A stretch of DNA of 63,875 nucleotides, the filler included. It is 5 parts of 5 records of this genome, joined end to end, with 100 filler letters (N's around TTAATTAATTAA, not from the genome) between each part and the next. Parts side by side here need not be neighbours in the genome. Positions count along the whole stretch, not along the records: positions 1 to 17,316 come from DRR378314_893; positions 17,417 to 22,545 come from DRR378314_894; 3 more parts are not named here. The stretch is one strand, 5' to 3'. Every line of letters starts with the position of its first letter. The first letter of the stretch is position 1. Below, piece by piece: positions 10,577 to 19,898 of this stretch. Position numbers and translations under genes: made by a program. The notes beneath the pieces were generated by a model. That model had not been told where the DNA came from, searched no databases, and was given only the letters and a program-made list of their open reading frames with translations.

Positions 10577-10908
10577 TGGCGCTCATCGAGGCACTGGTCG
10601 CCGACCACCCCGAGGCGCTCTCCCCGCTCGGGGCCGGTCTGATGACAGCGGCGCATCTGGGGATCGCGCATGACAGCCGCAGTTTTGCGCGCAAGTTCGG
10701 CCTTGCCCATGCGCTGGTGCTGCGTGAATGCACGCTTTTGGCCCATGAACACGATCTGCTGACAGTCGAGAGCCGGGGCGATAAATCCCAACGCCTGTTC
10801 TACCAACTCAGCAATACCGGCCGCGCCACGGTGGAGCGGGCCTGCGATGATACTGACAACAACGCCCACCTGAGCGCGGCAGGCACAGCCAAGGAGTACG
10901 CCTCATGA
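10573..10908 (+). CDS. Small hypothetical protein, possibly winged-helix, within the FdhF/YdeP operon
   Basis: ATGA overlaps with both neighbours. DSRSFARKFGLAHALVLRE...YQLSNTG resembles a wHTH. Confidence 0.7.
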   Translation: MMALIEALVADHPEALSPLGAGLMTAAHLGIAHDSRSFARKFGLAHALVLRECTLLAHEHDLLTVESRGDKSQRLFYQLSNTGRATVERACDDTDNNAHLSAAGTAKEYAS

Positions 10909-11738
10909 CCGCGCCGCTGCGCCATCCCACGGCCCCTGCGCATTTCACCGCGCATCGTCACGAAGGACTGATCGTCTCGGCGGATGAGGTCGCACCCCAC
11001 AGCCGCGATCTGGCCGAAGAAACGCCTGTTGCCATGGTGTTTGACGGCTCCAGCGCCGCCGTGATGATGGCCAGCCCCTCCGACATTGAGGATTTCGCCT
11101 TTGGCTTTGCCCGCACCGAAGGGTTCATCACCAGCTTTGACGATGTGCGCGAATTTGAACAGGTTGCGCATGACAGCGGCATCGAGGCGCGATTCTGGCT
11201 GCGCGAGGATCGCGGGGCTGCGATTGCCAGCCGCCGCCGCGCCATGGCTGGCCCCATCGGCTGTGGCCTGTGTGGTATCGACAGTCTGGAGCAGGCACTG
11301 CGTCATCCCCGTGATGTGTCAGATGTAGCGATCCGCCTGCGCGCTGCTGCCGTTGCCGCCGCGCCCAATACCCTCTCGCGCCACCAGCCGCTGCATGATC
11401 AGTGTCGCGCGGTGCATGCGGCGGGATTTCTCTGCACCGATCACGGCTCTATAGCCGTGCGCGAGGATGTCGGGCGTCACAACGCGCTGGATAAACTCAT
11501 CGGCGCGCTGTTGCGGCAAGGGATCGACCCGGCCAGTGGTGCCTTTGTGATGACATCGCGGATATCGGTCGATCTGGTGCAAAAGGCGGCTGAGGTGGGG
11601 TCTGGCATGATCATTGCCGTCTCCGCGCCGACCTCGCATGCGGTGCGGCTGGCGGATCGTGCGGGCATGACCCTTGCGGCGTCAGCGCGCGGCGGGCGCT
11701 TTGCGCTCTATACACATCCCCACCGGGTGATTGCGTAG
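10905..11738 (+). CDS. fdhD: Formate dehydrogenase accessory sulfurtransferase FdhD
   Basis: AEETPVA, CGLCG, HAAG, REDVGRHNALDKLIG and VSAPTS motifs. Confidence 0.95.
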   Translation: MTAPLRHPTAPAHFTAHRHEGLIVSADEVAPHSRDLAEETPVAMVFDGSSAAVMMASPSDIEDFAFGFARTEGFITSFDDVREFEQVAHDSGIEARFWLREDRGAAIASRRRAMAGPIGCGLCGIDSLEQALRHPRDVSDVAIRLRAAAVAAAPNTLSRHQPLHDQCRAVHAAGFLCTDHGSIAVREDVGRHNALDKLIGALLRQGIDPASGAFVMTSRISVDLVQKAAEVGSGMIIAVSAPTSHAVRLADRAGMTLAASARGGRFALYTHPHRVIA

Positions 11739-11750
11739 CCTCGGCATGGA

Positions 11751-11778
11751 AGGTAGGCGCACCTCCATGCACCTACCT
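11751..11778. repeat. GTAG-type REP-like hairpin between convergent fdhD and nagA
   Basis: AGGTAGGCGCA-cctcca-TGCACCTACCT, an 11-bp stem with one mismatch, bounded by GTAG/CTAC. Confidence 0.5.
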
Positions 11779-11785
11779 GCAATCT

Positions 11786-12928
11786 TTAGGCAATCACTGG
11801 CGCAGCCGCGCTCAGATCCCGTTTGATGCGGATCATATCCGTCAGCATCTGCCCCGGTTGCTTCAGATCCACGGGCACGTCAATCAGCGCTGCCGGAACC
11901 GCAGTGGCTGCCGCAAGCGCCTCATCAAGGGGCACATCGCATTGGCTGGTTAGCACCCTTAGCGCCGTGGTCAGGTCAAGATCCGCCCCGGCCAATGTCC
12001 CATCAGGCAGGCACAACCGCCCCTCGCTTCGGGTAATCCGGCGGCCTTCCAGATGGAACTCCCGATCCTCCGTGCCCGCAACCGCCATTGCGTCCGACAC
12101 AAGGAAAATCCGGCCCGGTCCGCACCGTTTGGCCAACCACGCAGCTCGCAAGCCTGCAGGATGGACATGTATACCATCCGCAATCAGACCCGCTGACAGC
12201 TCTGCGGTGTCCAGCACCGCGCCCACCAGACCCGGCGCGCGATTGCCAAGCTGGCTCATGGCGTTGAACAGATGGGTGGCGCAGCGTGCGCCCGCCCTTG
12301 CATAGGCGACACAGGTTTCAAACGGTGCATCTGTATGCCCGAGTGATACCAGAACGCCCGCCCCCACCATCTGCGCGACCTGTTCAGGCGTGACATTTTC
12401 TGCAGCGATCGTGACTTTGAGCTTCGGCAGCAATTCCGCCGCCTCGCAGATTGCCGCCAGATCGCTTTCATCCATCGGGCGGATCAGTGCTGCGTCATGG
12501 GCCCCCTTGCGCGCCACCGACAGATGCGGCCCTTCCAGATGCAGCCCGCCAAATCCGCGCACGCCGGCCTTATGAGCTTCAACACCGACCTTCAGCGTTA
12601 AGCGGGTTTTCTCAGCGGTATCCGTGATCAGCGTCGGCAAGATCGTGGTGGCCCCAAGACTGCGATGCGCATCACAAATTCGCGCAATTGTCTCTACGCT
12701 TGGTGCATCTCCCAGCATCACGCCGCCGCCACCATTGACTTGCAGGTCGACATAGCCGGGCGACAGAATATCACCGTCCAGGTCAATCACCTCGCCCTGC
12801 TCGTCCAGCTCTGCCAGCGGCACCAATTGAGAGAACTGGCCCGCAAGAAATTGCGCGCCGCAACCCTGCCGCAGGCGTTGGCCGTCAAAGATCGGCCCGC
12901 CCAGATAGGTCATCAGCCGCTGCATCAT
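11786..12928 (-). CDS. nagA: N-acetylglucosamine-6-phosphate deacetylase
   Basis: PGYVDLQVNG, LHLEGP, GAH, GHT, THLFNAM, DGIH, SDAM and LAG motifs. The ATG at 12928 overlaps the stop of the upstream gene. Confidence 0.95.
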   Translation of the reverse strand: MMQRLMTYLGGPIFDGQRLRQGCGAQFLAGQFSQLVPLAELDEQGEVIDLDGDILSPGYVDLQVNGGGGVMLGDAPSVETIARICDAHRSLGATTILPTLITDTAEKTRLTLKVGVEAHKAGVRGFGGLHLEGPHLSVARKGAHDAALIRPMDESDLAAICEAAELLPKLKVTIAAENVTPEQVAQMVGAGVLVSLGHTDAPFETCVAYARAGARCATHLFNAMSQLGNRAPGLVGAVLDTAELSAGLIADGIHVHPAGLRAAWLAKRCGPGRIFLVSDAMAVAGTEDREFHLEGRRITRSEGRLCLPDGTLAGADLDLTTALRVLTSQCDVPLDEALAAATAVPAALIDVPVDLKQPGQMLTDMIRIKRDLSAAAPVIA

Positions 12929-13953
12929 ACGGTTTCCGTAACCTTGTTCAGGTGGCGCGGCGCATCCGGATTCACGCCCCGGCGCGTGGCCACGGTTTCG
13001 ACCATACCGTAAAAGGACACGATCGAAGAGATCGGGTCGGTAATCCAATGATCGGTGCGCACATGCGGCAGCACCTCTGCGCCTTTGGCCTTATCGGTGG
13101 TCGCAAAGACATGCGCGCCCTTGTCGGCGAGCGCCTGCACCATATCGCCAACACTGTCCTCGGCTGCGTCTGCTGCGGCGAAGGCGATCACCGGGAAATT
13201 CTCGCCCACGATCGACACCGGCCCATGCAGCACCTCAGCCGCTGAATAGCTCTCGGCATGGATCTGGCAGGTTTCCTTGAACTTCAGCGCCGCCTCGTTC
13301 GAGATGGCCCAGCTGGGCCCGCGCCCAAGCGTATAAAGCGACTGGCCGTCGATGGCATCAGTCGCTGCACTCCAGTCGCAATCCTTTGCCTTGGCCAGAT
13401 GCCCCGGCAACTTGCGGATCGCATCGAGCAACGCCGCGTCCTGCTTGACCTCTGCCAGCAACCAAACACCGGCGACCAGCGAGGTCACAAATGTCTTGGT
13501 CGCCGCGACGCTCAGTTCCGGGCCCGCGTGGATCGGCAACACAGCGGCAGAGGCTTCCGCCAAGGGGGAGGCACCGTCGTTGGTAATCGCCACCGTATAG
13601 GCGCCCTTGTCGCGGAACGCCGAGGTCAACTGCACGATGTCCGGGCTTTTCCCTGACTGCGACACAGAAATGCTGAGCGCGCCCTTGCAGTTGAGGTCCA
13701 CGCCGTAAATCGACTTCACCGACGGCCCCACCGAGGCCATTGGCAAGCCCAGCAGCAACTCACTGGCGTATTTCATATAGGTGCTGGCGTGGTCAGACGA
13801 GCCGCGGGCCACTGACAGCAGGTAGCTTGGTGCCAAATCCCGCACTTCGGCAGCCGTGGCGGTGACCGCCTGTGCGCCGTCGGTCAGCAGCCGCTCGACA
13901 GCATCGGGAATTTCATTGATTTCGCGTCGCATCTGCGTTTGAGGAGCGTTCAT
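12925..13953 (-). CDS. Double-SIS-domain glucosamine-6-phosphate deaminase (NagB-II / GlmS-like)
   Basis: ARGSSDHA, SQSGKSPD, AATKTF, EAALKFKE, EVLHGP and PRHLNKVT motifs; no glutaminase domain. Confidence 0.88.
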   Translation of the reverse strand: MNAPQTQMRREINEIPDAVERLLTDGAQAVTATAAEVRDLAPSYLLSVARGSSDHASTYMKYASELLLGLPMASVGPSVKSIYGVDLNCKGALSISVSQSGKSPDIVQLTSAFRDKGAYTVAITNDGASPLAEASAAVLPIHAGPELSVAATKTFVTSLVAGVWLLAEVKQDAALLDAIRKLPGHLAKAKDCDWSAATDAIDGQSLYTLGRGPSWAISNEAALKFKETCQIHAESYSAAEVLHGPVSIVGENFPVIAFAAADAAEDSVGDMVQALADKGAHVFATTDKAKGAEVLPHVRTDHWITDPISSIVSFYGMVETVATRRGVNPDAPRHLNKVTETV

Positions 13954-14017
13954 GGTATAAAACCTTTCACTTGGGCAGATCATTTAGAAGGGGCAGCTGG
14001 TCCATTCGGCACTCAGC

Positions 14018-14773
14018 TCAGCCGGAAAGCTGCAGTTCCGCAACGAAGTCGTAGGCGTCGCCACGGTAGAGGGATCGGGTCAATTCCGCGACACGCCCGT
14101 CTTCGAGAAACGACAGACGCTGAATGCGCAGTCCCGCAGTGCCTTCGGCAACATTGAGCAACTCCGCCTCGGTTGATTCGAGGTTGATGGCAGAGATTTT
14201 CTGGATCGCGCGCACCGGACGATGTCCGATCTGATCCAGCGTCGCATAGAGCGAGGTCGTGACCTCCAGCGGGTTCGGCAGAATACTGAGGGGCAGTGCC
14301 GCACGCTCCAACGCCATCGGCTGACCGCCGGCCTCGCGCAGACGATAGATGCGCGCGACGGACTCATCATCGCCGAGGCTCAACACCGAGATCTCCTCCT
14401 CGGTCGGCAGGAACACTCCGCGCTCCAGCCATTTGGACGTGGTCTCAAGCCCGCGCTGCTGCATGTCCTCGGTAAAGGAGGTCAAATGCGAAAGCGATTG
14501 CTCAACGCGCGCCGTGCTTTCCCGCACGAAAGAACCGGAGCCTTGTCGCTGCTCGATCGCGCCTTGCTGCACCAATTCGTGCATCGCCTTGCGCACAGTG
14601 ACCCGAGACAGATCTGTGATGTCGGCAATCTCACGCTCTGGCGGCAGCGAGCTGTTGGGCGGCAACACGCCAGAATGGATGGCTTCCTCAAGACGGCGGC
14701 GCAACTGCACATAGCGCGGACCAGCCCCCTGATCGAACCAGCTATCCGGCTTCAGAAATTCAGTGATCGTCAT
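14018..14773 (-). CDS. GntR/HutC-family regulator with UTRA domain (NagQ/NagR-like)
   Basis: LPPEREIA...SRVTVRKA...QGSGSFV HTH, LTSFTEDM and a UTRA C-terminus. Start moved to ATG 14773. Confidence 0.9.
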   Translation of the reverse strand: MTITEFLKPDSWFDQGAGPRYVQLRRRLEEAIHSGVLPPNSSLPPEREIADITDLSRVTVRKAMHELVQQGAIEQRQGSGSFVRESTARVEQSLSHLTSFTEDMQQRGLETTSKWLERGVFLPTEEEISVLSLGDDESVARIYRLREAGGQPMALERAALPLSILPNPLEVTTSLYATLDQIGHRPVRAIQKISAINLESTEAELLNVAEGTAGLRIQRLSFLEDGRVAELTRSLYRGDAYDFVAELQLSG

Positions 14774-15647
14774 CCCGCACCTCCTGTGCGAACTCATGCG
14801 CCAGAATGATCGCCCCATCGAGTGGCGTACCCTTCGGGCTGATGCAGGCCTCCTGCATGGCCGGGGGCAGATAGGGCAGGAACTGCGGCGCAATCCCGCC
14901 TGTCAGACAAAGCGGAAGCCCGGCGACCCAGCCCATCTTGTGCAGCGTACTGGAAAGCTCACGGCCCGCTGCATTCAGGATGTCCACTGCAAGCGGATCC
15001 CCCGTGGCGGCAAATTCGGTCACATCCGGTGCGACCCGGCCAAAGTCAGCGGGTGTCGCAGAGGCCGCAAAGGCCACGATTTCAGCCGAGCCCCCGAAGC
15101 GGTTTAGCAAATGCGCCCCAAGACCGGAGGCCTCGCGCAGCAGGTCAACTTCTTCCAACGTACAGGATAGCGCACGCCGACCGACCCATTGGGCCGACGC
15201 CGGATCTCCGAGGATCGCTCCCCAGCCTCCTGCGAATCGGCATCGCCCCTCAAGCTGCGCCGCAAAGAACGACCCGGTGCCACAATGCGCGATCAGGCCA
15301 TCGCTACCGCCCAGCGCCCCATTGAGGGCAGTAGGGCGGTCATCCGTCACCCGTACGCGACGAAACGGCAGAGCCGCCGCGAACCGATCCGCGATCACCG
15401 GCCCGGTAACCCCCGCAATCCCGATGTAAATTGGGCAGGTCACCAACGCCTCAACAGCATGGCCGGTCACCTCAGAGAGCCGCGCCAGACCATCAGTCAC
15501 TTGCTGCACCGCCCCATCCAAGTCGGTCGAGATATTCGCCGACCCGGTCTCAACAGCGGTCACGCCCGCAACACCGGAAAGCGCCAAACGACATCGCGTG
15601 CCGCCGCCATCCAGAGCCAATACAGAGGTTTTCAATGCATCCGTCAT
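14760..15647 (-). CDS. BadF/BadG/BcrA/BcrD-family sugar kinase (N-acetylglucosamine kinase-like)
   Basis: LDGGGTRC, GTGS, GGWGAILGD and LTGG motifs; nag cluster context. Confidence 0.88.
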   Translation of the reverse strand: MTDALKTSVLALDGGGTRCRLALSGVAGVTAVETGSANISTDLDGAVQQVTDGLARLSEVTGHAVEALVTCPIYIGIAGVTGPVIADRFAAALPFRRVRVTDDRPTALNGALGGSDGLIAHCGTGSFFAAQLEGRCRFAGGWGAILGDPASAQWVGRRALSCTLEEVDLLREASGLGAHLLNRFGGSAEIVAFAASATPADFGRVAPDVTEFAATGDPLAVDILNAAGRELSSTLHKMGWVAGLPLCLTGGIAPQFLPYLPPAMQEACISPKGTPLDGAIILAHEFAQEVRDDDH

Positions 15648-15650
15648 GAA

Positions 15651-15800
15651 GATACCATTACGATACCAACCGGGATTTTGAAAGACAAAAACAGGACCAA
15701 CGCCGTGAGAAATTCCGCAAATATCGGCAAAACCGGCAATTTCACCAAGAAAACACCAGCCACATCACACAATGGTAGACAAAAGGTATCAAATGGGTAT
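15651..15800. promoter_or_regulatory. Divergent promoter region with 11-bp-phased GGTA(T) direct repeats (candidate GntR/NagQ operators)
   Basis: GATACCA at 15651 and 15662 (TGGTATC on the minus strand). GGTA at 15774, 15785 and 15796 on the plus strand. Confidence 0.6.
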
Positions 15801-15827
15801 TGTTACTTCAAACTTGGAGGGAATCAC

Positions 15828-16718
15828 GTGTCGACCGCTGCCACGGAACAACTGCACGACAAAGCCGGGGGGCTGGACGCTCGCCCACTGAGCGAGATCG
15901 CCGAAATATTGGCGCAAACTCAGCACGACGCCGCGCGCCCTCCGCGCCGCGCGACGGCTGCACTCTGCGACGGCGCCCTTGCCATGGCCGAGACCATTCG
16001 AACCGGCGGCACCTTGCATTATGCTGCCGCCGGCTCTTCCGGCCTTATGGCTGCTGCAGACGCACTCGAACTGGGCGGAACCTTCTCGATCCCCGCATCA
16101 CAGCTGCGCATTCACATGGCCGGCGGCATGCCGACCGGAGTGGAGATGCCCGGCGGCACAGAGGATGAAACAGCTGAGCTGGAGCGCGCCCTGGATGGGC
16201 TTAGTTCAAACGATGTCTACATCGGCGTCTCGGCAAGCGGCACCACGCCTTACACGGTTGCAGGAGCGAAACTGGCTAGGCGTTGCGGCGCAACGGTGAT
16301 CGGGATCGCGAACAACCCCGATACAGACCTGCTGAAACTCGCGGATCACGCGGTGCTTTTGCCGACCCCTGCTGAGGTAGTGTCCGGATCGACCCGAATG
16401 GGGGCCGGGACAGCACAGAAGATCGCGCTCAACACGCTCTCGACGCTGATGGCCATCGAACTGGGCCATGTTCACGATGGCATGATGGTCAACCTGCGGG
16501 CCGACAACATCAAACTGCGGGCCCGTGCCCGACAGATCGTCATGCAGATCTCAGATGTTACCGAAGATATCGCCACCGCCGCTATTGAGGCCGCCGGAGG
16601 CAACGTCAAATGCGCCATCCTGATCGCTGCGGGCGCAACTGACCTCGCGGACGCCACTGCGCGTCTGGAGACCACAGGTGGCAAGCTGCGCCCCGCGCTG
16701 CTGTCGCTCAACACATAA
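15828..16718 (+). CDS. murQ: N-acetylmuramic acid 6-phosphate etherase-like SIS protein
   Basis: GTG start after GGAGG; AGSSG, SASGTTPYT, GSTRMGAGTAQKIALN and GMMVNLRADNIKLRARA motifs. Confidence 0.88.
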   Translation: MSTAATEQLHDKAGGLDARPLSEIAEILAQTQHDAARPPRRATAALCDGALAMAETIRTGGTLHYAAAGSSGLMAAADALELGGTFSIPASQLRIHMAGGMPTGVEMPGGTEDETAELERALDGLSSNDVYIGVSASGTTPYTVAGAKLARRCGATVIGIANNPDTDLLKLADHAVLLPTPAEVVSGSTRMGAGTAQKIALNTLSTLMAIELGHVHDGMMVNLRADNIKLRARARQIVMQISDVTEDIATAAIEAAGGNVKCAILIAAGATDLADATARLETTGGKLRPALLSLNT

Positions 16719-16755
16719 GAAAAACAATAAAATCATCCCAATAGGAGGAAGACTC

Positions 16756-17316
16756 ATGAAAAGTAAGTTTATGTTGGCCGCATTGGCGGGCACCGCCCTC
16801 GTCGCCACATCCGCACTGGCAGAAGACGTCACCCTGACCGTCGAGAGCTGGCGGAATGATGACCTGACCCTGTGGCAGGACAAGATCATTCCCGCGTTTG
16901 AGGCCGCACACCCCGGCATCAAGATCAACTTCACGCCCAGCGCGCCGACAGAGTACAACGCCGTGCTGAACTCCAAACTGGATGCAGGCTCCGCTGGCGA
17001 TCTGATCACCTGCCGCCCGTTTGATGCCTCGCTGGCGCTCTATGAGGCCGACCATCTCGCGGCGCTGGATGACATGGACGCCATGGACAACTTCTCCGAT
17101 GTGGCGAAATCCGCATGGCAGACCGACGATGGCTCCGCGAGCTTCTGCGTGCCGCTGGCCTCCGTGATCCACGGCTTCATCTACAACAAAGAAGCCTTTG
17201 AAGAGCTTGGCCTTGAGGCTCCGACCACCGAGGACGAATTCTTTGCCGCTCTTGAGACGATCAAGGAAGACGGCACCTATATTCCGATGGCGATGGGCAC
17301 CAACGACCAGTGGGAA
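16756..17316 (+). CDS. Sugar ABC transporter substrate-binding protein, truncated by the contig end
   Basis: AGGAGG RBS, signal peptide, FEAAHPGIKINF, YNKEAFEELGL and PTT motifs. Confidence 0.88.
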
Positions 17317-17416
17317 NNNNNNNNNNNNNNNNNNNNNNNNNNNNNNNNNNNNNNNNNNNNTTAATTAATTAANNNNNNNNNNNNNNNNNNNNNNNNNNNN
17401 NNNNNNNNNNNNNNNN
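17317..17416. other. Artificial contig spacer
   Basis: 44 N + TTAATTAATTAA (stops in all six frames) + 44 N. Confidence 0.99.
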
Positions 17417-17423
17417 CTCCCTT

Positions 17424-17446
17424 TCGCGGGCTAGGCCCGCTCCCAC
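17424..17446 (-). repeat. GTGGGAGC-type REP element at the contig edge
   Basis: Minus strand reads GTGGGAGCGGGCCTAGCCCGCGA, with an internal GCGGGC/GCCCGC palindrome like gammaproteobacterial REPs. Confidence 0.65.
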
Positions 17447-17508
17447 GACATAGTTCTGTCATCTTTTTGCTGCTAGTGTCGGCGCGTCTTCGACGGAAGT
17501 AGAAAGCT

Positions 17509-18666
17509 ATGGGTGCTTTGTTAAAAGCCTACGGGCGGTTGTTCGTGCGCTCCTGGTGTCCGGATTACGGCGGCACGCTGAAGGGGGTGTCGCCGCGCCG
17601 CTGGCTGGTGATGGCGCTGTTCTGGCCGCTGTTCGTGCTGCTGCAGGCGATCAACGGCGCCGGGCTGCTGCTCGATTACCTGCTGTTTTCCGACTTCCGC
17701 CGGGTGCGCGTGCGCGAGCCGCTGTTCGTGGTCGGTGTGCCACGCAGCGGCACCACCTTTCTGCACCGGCTGCTGGCCGGCGACCGCGAGCGTTTTACCA
17801 CCACCGCCCTGTGGGAACTGATCTTCGCGCCGTCCATCACCCAGCGCTTTTTCTGGCGCGGGGTGGGGCGGCTGGACGCCCTGGTCGGCGCGCCGCTGAG
17901 CCGGCTGTTCTTCCGGCTGGAGCGATGGGTGCTGGGCGGGCTGGACGATGTCCATCAGACCGGCCTGCGCGACCCGGAGGAGGACTATCTGGCGCTGCTG
18001 CCGGTGCTGGGCTGCTTCCTGCTGGTCCTGGCGGTGCCGGACCCGGCGCTGTGGCGCCTCACCTACGCGGACCGGGATCTGCCGGCGGCGGAGAAACGGC
18101 GGCTGATGGCCGCCTACCGGCGCTTCGTGCAGCGCCACCTGTACTTCCACGGCGAGCACCGTACTTTCCTGTCCAAGAACCCGTCGTTCACGCCGTTCAT
18201 GGCCACCCTGGCGGACGCCTTCCCCGACGCCCGTTTTATCGGCTGCCTGCGCAATCCCACCGCCGCGGTGCCCTCGCAGATCAACTCCATCGTGATCGGC
18301 GGCAAGCTGTTCGACGGCCGCGACACCGCCGACTACTGGCGCGAAGGCTTCCTCGCCATGCTCGATTACTACTACCGGCACTTGCTGGAACAGCTCGACG
18401 GCCTGCCGGAGGGGCGCGGCGCCCTGTCGGTGATGGAAACCCTGGCGGCCGCGCCCGGCGAGAGTGTAAGCGGATTTTACCGGACCTTCGGCTGGACCCC
18501 TTCGCCGGCGTACCGCGCCTTTCTGGACGGCGAGGACCGCCGCGCCGCCGGCTACCGCAGCGGCCACCGCTATTCCCTGGAGAACCTGGGCGTGGACCCG
18601 GGCCGTCTGGCGGCGACCTTCGGCTGGGTCTACGACCGTTTCGGCTACCCCCGACCCGGTGACTGA
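17509..18666 (+). CDS. PAPS-dependent sulfotransferase (Sulfotransfer_3 family)
   Basis: 5'-PSB motif VGVPRSGTTFLHRLL, SKNP, and a 3'-PB-like RNPTAAVPS; N-terminal hydrophobic segment. Confidence 0.88.
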   Translation: MGALLKAYGRLFVRSWCPDYGGTLKGVSPRRWLVMALFWPLFVLLQAINGAGLLLDYLLFSDFRRVRVREPLFVVGVPRSGTTFLHRLLAGDRERFTTTALWELIFAPSITQRFFWRGVGRLDALVGAPLSRLFFRLERWVLGGLDDVHQTGLRDPEEDYLALLPVLGCFLLVLAVPDPALWRLTYADRDLPAAEKRRLMAAYRRFVQRHLYFHGEHRTFLSKNPSFTPFMATLADAFPDARFIGCLRNPTAAVPSQINSIVIGGKLFDGRDTADYWREGFLAMLDYYYRHLLEQLDGLPEGRGALSVMETLAAAPGESVSGFYRTFGWTPSPAYRAFLDGEDRRAAGYRSGHRYSLENLGVDPGRLAATFGWVYDRFGYPRPGD

Positions 18667-18724
18667 ACCGTGCTAGGGTAGGGGTGTCATAAATACGACA
18701 CACGTGGTGCGGATACTGACGACC

Positions 18725-19897
18725 ATGAAAACAAAAGACCTGCGCGTACTGTTCGTCGTCGACGCCATGAAAGGCCGCAATGGGGTCGGCGCCTACTTCC
18801 AGGACCTGGTCGCCCACCTGGACGGGGTGGTGGCCCGGGCGGAGCTGGTGTCCCCCAGCCTGGAAGACCCTCACCCCTGCCAGGGGCTGTCCATGCCGAT
18901 CCCCGGCGATCCCACCCAGCGCCTGTTCCTGCCGAAAATGCGCGAGCTCACCGCCCTGGTGTGGGAGATGAAACCCCATGTGATCGTGATTCCCGGACCG
19001 GGGATTTTCTCCCTGGGCGCGTTCTGGGTGGCGCGCAAACTGGGCATCCCGGTGTGCGTGACCTTCCAGACCGACTACGACAGCCTGGTGCGGCTGTACT
19101 GGGGGCCGCGTCTGGCGCGCCTGGCCGGCGGCCTGCTCAACTGGGTCAACCGCACCCTGTTCCAGGGCAGCAGCGCGGTGGCCACCATCTGTGAAAGCCT
19201 GATCGCCGACGCCCGCGCCGCCGGCGCCCGGCACCCGCAACTGGTGGGCACACCGCTGGGCCCGGAGTTCGTCGAGCGGCCGCCGCTGCCGCTGGCGGAG
19301 AAACTGGATTCGGTGCTCTACGTGGGCCGTTTGGCGGCGGAGAAAAACATCGAACGCTTTCTGGCGCTGGCCGCTCAACGGCCGGACTGCCGATTCACCG
19401 TGGCCGGGGACGGCCCGCTGCGGGAGAAGGTGGAAGAGCAGGCCCGCCGACTGCCCAATCTCACCTTCCTGGGCTGGTGCAGCCGGGCGCAGGTGGTGGA
19501 ACAGCTGGACGCCGCCCAGGTGCTGGTGCTGCCGTCGGTGGTGGAGGCGTTCGGCACCGTGGCCCTGGAAGCCATGGCCCGCCAGCGGCTGGTGATCACC
19601 ACGCCGGCCTGCGGCATCAATCAATGGCCGGAGCTGGCCCGCGGGCTGGCGATCATGGAAGAGGGCGAGAGCCTCGGTGACACCCTGGCGCGTCTGCAGG
19701 CGCAGAGCCCGGCGCAGCGCCGTGAGCGAGCCGAGCAGGCCCGCCACGCCGCTCTCACCATGAACCAGCGCGCCATGGACACCTGGCTGCAGGTGCTTGG
19801 TCACTGCGCCCGCCAGGCGCCGCTGCTGCCCAAGCGCTGGCCGTCGCCGACGCTGGCCGTGTTGCGCCGTTTGAGCACCGCCCGCCCGGAGCTCTGA
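18725..19897 (+). CDS. Glycosyltransferase family 4 (GT-B; lipid glycosyltransferase-like)
   Basis: RNGVG, FQTDY, LYVGRLAAEKNI, GDGPLRE and EAFGTVALEAMA (EX7E) motifs. Confidence 0.9.
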   Translation: MKTKDLRVLFVVDAMKGRNGVGAYFQDLVAHLDGVVARAELVSPSLEDPHPCQGLSMPIPGDPTQRLFLPKMRELTALVWEMKPHVIVIPGPGIFSLGAFWVARKLGIPVCVTFQTDYDSLVRLYWGPRLARLAGGLLNWVNRTLFQGSSAVATICESLIADARAAGARHPQLVGTPLGPEFVERPPLPLAEKLDSVLYVGRLAAEKNIERFLALAAQRPDCRFTVAGDGPLREKVEEQARRLPNLTFLGWCSRAQVVEQLDAAQVLVLPSVVEAFGTVALEAMARQRLVITTPACGINQWPELARGLAIMEEGESLGDTLARLQAQSPAQRRERAEQARHAALTMNQRAMDTWLQVLGHCARQAPLLPKRWPSPTLAVLRRLSTARPEL

Positions 19898-19898
19898 G

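Noticed and set aside
15189..15827. Apparent 213-aa N-terminal extension of MurQ
   Set aside because: It overlaps the opposite-strand kinase. The GTG at 15828 has a good RBS and gives a normal-length protein.
17361..17372. Recurring TTAATTAATTAA as a biological repeat (also at 22590, 28740 and 43037)
   Set aside because: Always centred in identical N runs, so it is an artificial six-frame stop linker.
17521..19804. ORFs 17521..18567, 17556..18662 and 18281..19804
   Set aside because: Alternative-frame or antisense artefacts of very high GC content over real genes.
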